Part shown: piece by piece, positions 52,344 to 63,499 of the stretch | How positions within the stretch are numbered: the stretch's first letter is position 1 | Layout of the letters: each line of letters begins with the position of its first letter | Source of the DNA: Lepidodermella squamata | Lineage: Eukaryota > Animalia > Gastrotricha | DNA length: 64,000 nt | Direction of reading: 5' to 3' | Assembly (NCBI GenBank): GCA_047495785.1 | Contig: JBLDXI010000009.1 | Location: 2,604,001-2,668,000 of the forward strand | Translations under genes and position numbers: made by a program | The notes under the pieces: model-generated | Databases searched by the model: none | Told to the model about the DNA's origin: nothing | What the model saw: only the letters and a program-made list of their open reading frames with translations

Positions 52344-54146
52344 TCAGAGTCCTTTCCGCCAATCAGGATGAAGTTTTTGAGACTCGGGTAAAATGCGATA
52401 GAAAATAATCGCAGTAATCAAGACAGAAAATGCATAAAAAATACCAATGGATCGTTCAATTATGTCACCCAAAACTGTCCAGTTGTGGTGGCAAGTTCTG
52501 TCCCGGACGCAATTCGAATTGAATTCCGAGAGGGATATATGATGCTCTTCGTTGAGATCGTGCCGCTCTTTCATCGCCTTGATCGCATCGTTTTTGATCG
52601 ATTTCCGTTCTTCAAACGCAGCAGACCACTCGACAACGGGCGTTGTAGCTCTTAGAATGCAATCATTCGATGAAACGTACGTCTTGTTAGTTTTATAGAA
52701 AATCTGACAAGCGAGAATAAGGATTTTTATCGACATTGCGTTGCTAGGGAAAGGCTGGAAAAATAAAGACAAATGATTACTCCGGTTTGAACGCTGAATC
52801 GGTCAGGTTTTACCTCCGTTTTGATAGCTTTGTATGTAATAAATTTCAGAAGCCCTTGAGCAAGTGTTATCAAGCCAACTGTTGCCTACAGCCGGAGATA
52901 TAGAAAAACTTCAAAGAAAATTCGGGAAATTTACCATTTGAAGGTCGATGTATATTGTTATGAAGGGTAAATGATCAGAAGTGTGGGGCATTATCCTCCC
53001 CATGGCATCCTGAAATATTTGATAGGCCAACAGGATCGTTAATGATATCTCGACCTTGACAGTGTCGTGTGACTGAAAACATATCAGAATAATATGATTG
53101 TACAAATAAAAGTTGATGCCGATCTTACTGGAAGTGGGAAGGTTGACATTTCAAGGATGAAAATCACCAGAGAAGGGAAGATAATTGTGACGACGTAATA
53201 GGCTGACTTCCTCCGCAACACCATCTCGAACTCCACCTGTAATAGGAAATGACTCATGAAATTGCATCAAAAGAAGCGCATATTTACCGCTGGGTAGCAC
53301 TGGCTAGGATTGATGTCGTAGCAATCCATGAAAGCCGAATAAGAGACATTCCGAAGCTCCCATTGTTCATTCATCTTGTAGTTATGAACCGAAAAGTTAC
53401 CAGGTGTCAATTTCTCAAGCTTAGCGCCATATTGCCAGCTTTCAAACGTTAATCCACATAGCTGGTAAGTAAATTGCGAATTTAAAGGCTAAATTTTCAG
53501 ATTTTCATGCTCACATGTGCATCGAAGGGAAAGTATCTCAGGTCGAAGTTGCAAGTAAAGGCGACTTCGCGAGTCGGAATGAACTCAACCCATCCATCAC
53601 TGCTCACCCTCAGATTCATTTTCCTACTTCGGGTGAATTCATACATGTTGCCGCTGCTAATAAATTGAAGAAAAATAAGACAACTAATGGAAGCAATTTT
53701 TTTCAAACTTACTTAACAAGAGCAACATCTGGCAGCCAAACTTCGTCAGTCGTCAATATCAGTTTTGAGGTCTCATTGTAAGGTTTGGTTCTGTTCCATA
53801 CTAAGAAATCATCGCGCCATTTCATTCGAAGTGCCGCCGTCACTACGACTTTCCTTCTTCTCTCGACCTTCGAGAACATTATTTATTTATTTTAGGGATG
53901 AGTACCTTTTTAATTCAGCATCCTTACCACGTCGTTGATTTCGAACAATTCCATTTTGAGATTCACATCGACTGGCTCTATCGCATTTTTCCTCGGCCTT
54001 CGAAATGGCATGTAGCCATCAAGCAAAAGCTGGGCTAGATCGGCTTCTGAATAATCATTCGAGTTATCAAGCGAGATAGCTGCACAGGCAGTAGCCAGCA
54101 ATATCTTGGCTATCAATAATTGTGTTAAGATGTGGACGCCATTCAT
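52344..54146 (-). CDS. Array module I: Cys-loop subunit (type 3)
   Basis: Signal peptide, CNFDLRYFPFDAH|LC, ESWQY, CYDINPSQC, CHHNW, HPDWRKGL. Confidence 0.9.
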
Positions 54147-54931
54147 CCTAAGAAGTGATAACTTTAGTCTAATCCACTAGAATAGCGGCAATGGTAGGTA
54201 AACTCATTGCTGGTCGATCAATTCTGCTGTTGCTGGAGATGATGAATGATGGAGCAATGCACATGCTTGCATGTATTACTATCAAAACGCTCCAAGTTTG
54301 TTTGTTTAACTGATTCTATATCGGTATATCACGATCGAATGTGTGCAATGAATAAAAGGCGTGAATCCTCGCATAACAGATTAGGTTATGAGATGGGTTC
54401 TACACTTTAGTGATGAAAAAGTCAATACCGCCACGCCTTAAAGTTGTACGCTCGGCTTCTCATAAAAAGTCGTGTCGCTTCATAATCCAAACTGCCTCAG
54501 TAGAAATTTTACTAACGCCAGACCAAAGGTCGGCCAGAGGCCTCTATTTCTGGAAATTGCTTCTTCGCTGGGTTGTCGCGTGGTACCGAGAACTTCTTAT
54601 CCCGGAAGAATTCTGAAATTCATAGTCTAATTAAGATTTTGAAGTGCGAAGTACAGGAGAGCTGGAGTGTCGCGCGACACCCTAGCTCCGGAACTTCAAT
54701 CAGAGGAAGGCTGAAAAACCACAGGGGGACCCTTTTGTTTATTTGGCTGGGTGCAAGAAAACACCTCAGCAGCTCCCGGATCCTGATTTTGCCGGATTTG
54801 CCGAGACTTTGTCCCCTGATTGCGCAAAGAGGACGCTTCGGCCGGACGGGGCTACGATTGGCCGGGAAGAATTATTTTTATGTCACCGACCGATATTTTT
54901 CTTTATCAATCAATTTTATTTTTTTTTGCAT

Positions 54932-56684
54932 TTATAAACCTTTTCTCCAATCGGGATGCAGCTTTCGATAAGTTGGTAAAACTGCGAAAAAGACTACAGC
55001 AGTAATGACTACAAGTAAGACATACAAAAAATAGACTATTCGTTCGATAATCTCGCCGACAATCAGCCAGTTATGATGGCAAAATCTGTTGCCGGAACAT
55101 GTAGTCCGGCATGCATTCAGTTCTCTCTCGACATGATTTGCAATTACGCTCTCCAGGTCTGCGAGCCGAACGTGTCTTTTGTGGTCGATTTCCCACGTAG
55201 CTCCTGGAAAGGCCTCGTTGAAAATGCATATATTGGAAGATTTAACGCGCCTGATAAGTAAGGCCATCCGACTCGCGTTGAGAAGAACCAACGAAATCAC
55301 TTCACTGTCGGGGAAAAACTGAGCATCTCCGAATAAATATACAACATCTGTGTGAGAAACAAATCTATTACCTGGAAAGACATTGCTTTATGAAAGAAAA
55401 ATTTCGCCAGGCCTTGCGCCATCAGAATCACGCCAATACTAGCCTGAAAGTCACAATGAGATATATTTAAAAGCAATATTTTCGTCGGATGCAAACCATT
55501 TGAATGTCAATATAGATGGTCAAGTACGGTAGATGATCGGAGGAATGCGGCATAATTCGCCCCATTGCATCTTGAAATATTTGGTAAGCCAGTAGGATTG
55601 TTAGAGAAATCTCAACCTTGACGCTATCGTGACTCTGAAAGACACATAATCCCTAGGAAGTTCAAGAGAATAAGGACTCCTTACCGGAATAGGAAAAGTA
55701 GTCATCTCAAGAATTGTTATTATCAGAGAGGGCACCAATATTGTTGAAATATAGTAATTTGATTTCCTCCGTATTGTAAATTCAAACTCCACCTTAAAAA
55801 AATGATAATCTTCCAAAAATCCAACCAGGACCAAAATATTACCGCAGGATAACATTGGCTGGGCATTATATCATAACAATCCATGAAAGCAGAGACGTTT
55901 GTTCCGATTAAATCCCACTGTTCACTATTCCTGAAGTGACTCGTGGAGAAGCTTCCCGGGATGAATTTCTCCAGCAAAGCACCGTATTGCCAGCTCTCGA
56001 AAACCAATCCGCATAACTAAATAAAAATAGGTATATTTGGAATCTTAGAGGTATAGTGATTCCGGACTAACATGTTCGTCAAATGGGAAGAATCTTAGGT
56101 CGAAATTGCATGTAGGGGCTACCTCTCGAAGGGATTGGAAATCAACCCTACCGTCATTAATAACCGTGACCTTCGTTTTTCGGGATCTCGTAAATATATA
56201 CATCGTCCCACTGCTGTAAAATAAGACTAATTTTTCAATTTTCTGAGCAAAATCTTTCAACTTACTTGACTAAAGCAACATCAGGTAACCAAATTTCATC
56301 CGTTGAGAAAACGAGAGAAGTTGTATCATTGAAGGATTCAATATGGTCCCATTTGATAAAATCATCGCGCCACAACAATTGGAGGGAGGCAGTCACCACC
56401 ACTTTGCGAACTTTTTCAATCTAAAAATCGATTTCCCCGTAAAATTCCAAAATAGATATCCCTCGATAATAACTTACGACGTCGTTAAGCTCGAAAAGAT
56501 CAATATTTAATAGGATTTCAACGGGCTCTTTCGCATTTTTCCGCGGCCGTCGAAATTTCATGTATCCATCTAGAAGGCGGTTTGCTAAGTCTGTTTCAGA
56601 GTAATCGCCATCTGTGGTGTTTGATGCAGTAGAGTAGGCTGAATGAAGAAAGATGAGCGAACACCAAAATGAAATGGCTTTCAT
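54932..56684 (-). CDS. Array module J: Cys-loop subunit (type 3)
   Basis: Signal peptide, CNFDLRFFPFDEH|LC, ESWQY, CYDIMPSQC, CHHNW, HPDWRKGL. Confidence 0.9.
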
Positions 56685-57106
56685 AGAGAAACTTCAGCAG
56701 AATTAGACATGTCAACATAAATATGTAATCATTTCACGCATTTTTGTTGCTGAGGTTCTTGAACGTGCAGGACTTAAAGTTTTCTAGCAGCTATTGTAAC
56801 TATTCTTATGATGGAAACGGATGTAATCGATTTTGGCACATCAATCACTGCAGTGAACACTTTCCTCACCATGGCAGCCCAATTTTTATCGCGCTTCTGT
56901 GAGAAGGGATCAATACGTTCTGTAATCATCTTAGACAATCTCAAGTTGTTTTGATAAAGATAGGGTTGCCGGGCAACTGGACTAAATCTGGCCGGAGCTT
57001 CGCAAGGCACGTGAATAATGAGTAAGCATATATTATTATATTTCTGTCTCCAAAGGGGTCAACTTTTCAAGAAAAGGAAACAACGCCATTACAGTAGAAT
57101 TATTTA

Positions 57107-59133
57107 TTACAACCCCTTGCGCCAGTCCGGATGTAGCGATCTGAACATTGGCAAGATTGAGAAAAATAACACCGCGGTTATAATGACAACTATAGAGTAA
57201 AAAATCGAAATTATGCGATCAACAATTTCGCCTAAAATCAGCCAATTATGATGGCACTGAAACGTCCTCATGCATTCAGGATTGCCCTTTTCGTCCTGGT
57301 TCAGGTTTACTTCACCGGAATCTTCATTATCGGCCAGATCAAGCGCTGTTGGTTTCAATTTCTCATCATGATCCACGGCATAGACCACTCGAGGCTCTGT
57401 TGCCCGCATGATGCAAACGTTCTCCTCCGTCACCTTCTCTGAGTACAAGACGTATCGACTAGCCCATCTGATTATTGTCTCCAAGATTTGATTCGAAGGG
57501 AAATTCTAAAGAAATCATGAACGACTATGAAACAAGATGACTTTTCTTTGAGAAACAAACCTGCAATTTGATCGCTTTATGCGTGAAATACTTCACGAGA
57601 CCTTGAAGTAGGAGAACAATTCCAATGTTGGCCTAGAATGACGGAATAGTGAATGTAAAGTGTTTCATACAGAAAATGACGTACCATTTGCAAATCGAGG
57701 TAGATTGTAAGGTAAGGAAGATGGTCCGAAGTATGTGGCATAATCCGCCCCATGGCATCTTGGAAAATTTGATAAGCTAGAAGAATCGTCAACGAAATTT
57801 CGACTTTCACGCTATCATGCGACTGTTAAGTATAGAAATAAGTTTTGATTACTCAGAAATTTAAGGCCATACCGGTATAGGAAAAGTTGCCAGTTCAGTG
57901 ATGGAAATGACTATTGAAGGTATCACAATTGTCACAATGTAATAGGAAGATTTGCGCTCGATCGCGATTTCGAACTCGACCTAAAGTATAGTAATTGTAT
58001 TTTATTTTCGGATTTATTGAAGCAGCTTACAGCTGGATAGCACTGATCCGGTGTTGAGTCGTAGCAATCCATGAAAGCTGAGACATTTGTGTGCATAACG
58101 GCCCATTGCTCACTCGGGTTGAAGGATGCCGTTGAAATATAACCGGGTGTAAAAGTTTCCAATGCTTTCCCGTATTGCCAGCTGAAATGCAGCATTCGTG
58201 ATTAACTTAACACTTAATACTGATGAAGTAATACCTTTCGAAAACTAGCCCACAAAGCTGGAAATGCAAGAAATATTAGTTCCAAAGAACACATTTTTTC
58301 AATGCTTACGTGTTCATCGAATGGGAAAAACCGAAGGTCGAAATTGCACGCGAATGAAACTTGTCGATCGGAGAAAAAGCTAACCCAGCCATCCTTTCGC
58401 ACCCTGAGCAGCATTTTCCTTGATCTGGTAAATATGTACATGTTGCCGCTACTGTTAACATGAATAAAGTAGATACAATTCAACTCAGGCACTAAAACAA
58501 ACTTCACTAGCGCAACATCTGGAAGCCATAATTCGTCTGTAGTGAAAACCATAACCTCAGTCTCGTTGTAAGGCGCAGTTTCGTTCCAAACCAGAAAATC
58601 ATCCTCCCATTCCATATGAAGAGAAGCCGTTACCACGACCTTTCGATTCTTCTCAGCTACATCATCCAAGGAGAGCAGTTCGAGGTTGAGCGTTATGTCA
58701 ATTGGTATTTGGGCGTTTTTCTTCGGCCTCCGAAAGCGCATGTAGTCTTTAAGCAAGAAACTGGCTAATTCATCCTCTGAATAGTCTGCAAAACAAAACA
58801 CGGTAGCCTATTTTTTCAAAATGGACTTTTCGTACCTGTGACGTTCTCCGCCTCAGTGGCATTTAGCTCCTGAGAACCAGTGAAATTTCCGACATCGATC
58901 GGCATGGTCTCGTTAAGTTGGCTGATAGATGCATTGCCTTCAGCATACCCAGTATTATTGGTGCTGTTTTCCAAGACGAAATTATCGATGAACTTGGTTT
59001 CGTTAAGTTGGCTGAAAGATGCATTGCCCCAAGTATATCCAGTATTATTAGTGCTGTTTTCCACAATAGATTGAGCAATTAGGGAAGAGCATGTCCAAAT
59101 AAAGATCAATAAAAACCCGACAAGTTCTCTCAT
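57107..59133 (-). CDS. Array module K: Cys-loop subunit (type 3), counterpart of D, with own signal peptide and glycan-rich N-terminal stalk
   Basis: MRELVGFLLIFIWTCSSLIA (ATG 59133), phase-1 intron before YSE, CNFDLRFFPFDEH, CYDSTPDQC, HPDWRKGL. Confidence 0.9.
58894..59061 (-). repeat. Coding tandem repeat, 90-bp unit, about two copies, in the K N-terminus
   Basis: ENSTNNTGY..GNAS.SQLNET..ID occurs twice at a 90-bp offset (59061, 58971). Confidence 0.85.
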
Positions 59134-59189
59134 CCAGTTCAGGTTTACATTCCTAATAAAAACAGTAAACACGTCAATATGCCAAATTT

Positions 59190-61136
59190 TCATTTGAGAG
59201 CAGTTGTGACGTTCGAAATGATATCTGGAATAGAAGTCGCCGTTTCATTGGGGGCTGGAGTAGTGGTTGTGGTTGGGGGATTGTTCCAGTTATAAGCTGG
59301 GGGTCTTGTAATCAGACCAGGGGTGATTGGGGGTAAGAAATAGAAGAAAACGAGCGGGGTGATAATAATCATTAACAGGTACGTAACGTTCCCAAAATGA
59401 TCTATGACACTGCTCAGCTTTATCCAAATCTGTCTACGGCGCCGTTTAGTATCAATCGCCAGTTTATCCTCATCGCTTATTTTGTTGCCGAAGGGCAGTA
59501 TCACTGACAGAATTGCATCGAAGAGTCGGTGAATTCGTTCTTCTACAGACTCGCCCAAAACTCCATTGTAAGTCGCATCCTCGTAAGTGCCATATCTCTG
59601 TATGATGTAACTATCTTTACGAGCTGTCCTCGGAGCTTTCTTGATCTTGTGTTTCATGATTCGCGCCCTTTCCAGGCAGTAAATAGCCATTCCCTGGCAG
59701 AAAAATGCCCATCCGATGTAGGCAGTGTGGAGATCCAGATATATACATAGAAGGGGCAAATGCTCCGAGTTGAACGGCATTTCGTAGTGGTTTATAGTTG
59801 TCTGGAGCATTGAATAGGCCAATAGACTTGTAATTGTTATTCGCATTTTAATGGCATCGTCTTTCTGTTAGACAAAAATGGATTCGGGTTAATAAACCTC
59901 CCGCCAAAATAACTAACCGGAATGACTGCAGTTACGGCCTGAGCGACGGATAATATCACTGACGGGATAATAATCGATACGATAGGAAATAAGCTCTTCC
60001 TCCGAACTAGAAGACTGAATCGAAGCTAGAAAGAGGCGATAAATCTTTCTGAAAAATTCGAGATCAAATCTTACGGCTGAGAAACATTTCTCCTCATCTG
60101 TAATCGTCATGCATTCGTTGTACGCCACGTTGAACCCTTTGATCAACGCCCATTCTTCATTCTCCTCAAGTCGATAGAAGTTAATGGGCGGGTCGTAGAA
60201 AACGAGTTGAACTTGATCCCAAGTGTTGCCAGAAACGACGAAATCGAAATGGCACAGCTGTTCGTCGAATGGGAAGTAAGTCGGGTCCATATCGCAGAAT
60301 GTCGCCACAGTCGCTTCAGGGTAGTACTGGGTTGTTCCAGCTGCCAAGATGGACAACATGAACCCGGTGGGCTTCATTAAAGCCACATGCTCCTCTCTAA
60401 GCAACAAAGCAGATGTAACTGAAGAAGGATTTTCAAAACAATGTTACGAGTTGATGAGCAGGACATTAGGCACCCATATCTCTTCTGGAAAAACGGTAAG
60501 GCTAGGTATGGATTCATTATAAGGAGCCAATGTGCTCCACTCCAGATATTCATCCGGCCAGTAAAGGGACGGCGATGTTGTCGACAGAAACTCAGACGTC
60601 TTGATCTCCTAAAAAGTTGCATGTATTTAACGGGTTTTTCTGAAATTGCTAGTTTTAGCTCACACATTCGTCGATTGCATAGAAGCTAAGCTGGAATTGA
60701 ACGACGACTGGCTTAGACGCATCTTTCACAGGCCGACGATGTTTCGAGTAATTGGCGAATATTATCCGTGTCAAGTCTTGCTCAGAAACTATCGAAAAAT
60801 GTAACATTCATTCGCCGTGAATAGGTCTTACAAAAGCAACTTACCGATGATTTCTTCCTCCTCGGTGCTATTACCTTCTGAAGAATTAGTTAAGGCGCAA
60901 GGTTGATAGAAACTAGACTCTGTCAAGTTAAGGCCAATCGTTTCATTGCTCCAGTCGACAGTTTGATTAGTCGATAAAGACGTCAAGTTGCAGAGCACGA
61001 TTTCTCCTCCTATGGTTGAATTACCCGTTGAATTATCGGGTTCGGAGGTTGCGACAGTCTCTGTCGTCGACTGGTTTGTTGAAACCAGGGTAAGAAGATA
61101 AAGTGCTGCTAGAATGTCCGAATACAGATTCCACAT
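59190..61136 (-). CDS. Array module L: Cys-loop subunit (type 2), counterpart of E
   Basis: YYPEATVATFCDMDPTYFPFDEQLC, CMTITDEEKC, PGLITRPPAYNWN plus Thr-rich tail, stop at 59190-59192. Confidence 0.9.
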
Positions 61137-61210
61137 TGCACTTTAACATAACACTAAGATTCAAAAACGAAATTCAATTAAATACGAAATTCAATTTGAA
61201 AGATAGGGAT

Positions 61211-63088
61211 CTAAGCGTGTGCAGGCAACCGGGAAAACATAGCAGGTAGTATGCAGAAGATTACAAGAGGGGTGATCGCTATGCATAACACGTAGATAAT
61301 TAGTGTCATTCGTTCGACCACGTCAGCTATAAATAGCCAATCGTGGCGATTGCGCCGATAAAGCGTTTCCATTCCTTCGCGTTCTTTCGCCTCACTCGCT
61401 GCCGTGTCGCGCTTGAAAAGTGGCTCATGCAGCTTGACAAAGCCACGCTCATCCGGCTGGCCATGGAAAGGGTCATCCAAAACGCTGGACATAGTCACGC
61501 TATCGATAATCCCCTCGGCTTCTTCAAGGGCCATCTCCTCCAGATCGGCGTTTTCCGATGAGACAGACAAAACTTTAGCGAGGACGCGGAAAGCTGACCG
61601 GAAAACTCTGGGGACCGGTCTCAGATTCTCTGCTTGGCCAAGGCAAATGAAAACGAGTGCCTCGCCCAATAAGGCGATGCCAATGAATGCCATTTGAAGG
61701 TCGATGTACTAGAATAAATTCCCTGATAGTGGCTTTTGATAGGTCGGAGTGAAACTTACGATTGACATCAGTGGAGTGTGCTCACTGGTACGGGGCATAT
61801 CCGAATTAATCGTGGTCTGAAATTACAAAGATATAAACTTTAGCTTTCAATATTTTCGCCGATGAGTACCTGGAAAACTGCATACGCCAGTAAACAAGTG
61901 AAGGAAATGTGAACTTTCAAAACTTCAGAGGTCGGCAGAGCAAAAATTACAACTTCTACAATAGCGATGATCAAGCTTGGAACGATAATGTTCACATTCT
62001 GGAGAAAAAATGAACTTGTACATTCATGGATAATTTCGAAGTGATTATTACATAATAAGCAGCTTTTCTCTTGAAATTTATGACGATTTCAACACCATGT
62101 CTGCAGTCAGCTTTGCCCTCCTCGCATGTATCTGTATAACCATATGCCTCTAATACTTCCCATTGCTGATTCGGTTTGAGGCGGTCCAGGTTTACGGGAT
62201 GCTCGGCCAATCTGATCGTTTGCTGATGAATAGGATATGTCCAGGATTCGAATCTCAAGAAGCAACTTTGATAGTCGAACCTGAATGAGCATTAAATATG
62301 CATATTTAATCATTTTTAGCGCATTTTATTGGCTCACGGAAAGTAGGTCAAGTCCAACTCGCAGAAAGAATCGATCGTTGCCATTGGAATGTACTCCACA
62401 TCTCCGTTACTTCGCACATTAGCCAAAATGCCCTCGGCCATCATCAACGAATACATATCTCCGCTGTTCACCAGCGCTACATCTGGAACCCAAATTTCCT
62501 CGCGGGGAACTGCCAAGCTTTGAATTGAATTGATCTTTTCAGTTTCATTCCAGATAAGAAATTCGTCGTGCCAAGTCTTTAATAATATAGATTTTCAAAG
62601 GTAAAAGCTCTGAATAGGAACTTACCACACTCAAAGCACAAGTGATCCTCATTTCGTGGCTCTTTTCGATCTATATGAAATTACCTTAGATTTTGCTAAA
62701 TTCTAGCTAAATTCGAACTCACGATATCGTTGATGGTGTATATAAAAACGCCGATGGTCACGTGAACAGGCTCCTTGGCCTTTTTCCTAGGCCGGCGGGA
62801 GGGCGAGTATTTCGCAAAGATAATCTCTTCGACTTCCCGCTCAGGTAAGCCTTCCTCCTCTTCTTCGCCCTCATGATGCGTCTCATTACCTGAATGAAGT
62901 TCGTCCGAACTATGAGTTTCATTTCCAAGGTTTGCATCGACAGTTCCGTTGGCGGTTTCATTGAGTGAGTCTGTATGGAGCTTTGACGGCTCGTCTTCAG
63001 ACAAGATTGCATGATCTGATGGATGCGGAATCGAGCCGACCAGAATCAGGGCGCAAGATATTGTCAGGCAATAAAGGGCGAATTCCAT
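61211..63088 (-). CDS. Array module M: Cys-loop subunit (type 1), counterpart of F
   Basis: WVPDVALVNSGDMY, CELDLTYFP|FD, ESWTY, CEEGKADC; M3-M4 loop closely similar to F (PDERGFV, RRNRHDWLFIADVV). Confidence 0.9.
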
Positions 63089-63499
63089 CGCAAAAATAGT
63101 TGTAAAAATATTTTGTAATGATTAATGCAAGGAACTACGCGATAATCCACTCGAAATAATAAAATTGTCGAAACATCCTACACCATCGGTGTTGCTTGGA
63201 GACCGGGATACCGCAGCATATCCTCGAGATGATTTTTCAAGAAGAATGTTACAGTTAGTGCGGTGATAGTATTTCTCGTGGATCGATTATGTTTTGAATG
63301 ATTAATCGCTGAATGTATGAGCGGATCTCTCACTTTCCCGCTGCTTAGAGACCTAGTTTTACACTAAGAAAGGAGCTCATCAAAGTTTAATCCGGAAGCT
63401 TTTGTCTAAAATTGCTACTTGAGCGGCGACTCCTCCATATTCCCATGTAGTTTTATTTCGGCTAAAATTCGTAATCAGACTTGTAATTACATGACACTC

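Noticed and set aside
59134-59193. ORF track start overlapping L's stop (ATGA), suggesting bacterial-style translational coupling
   Set aside because: Eukaryotic intron-containing genes; the ATG at 59133 gives a clean signal peptide.
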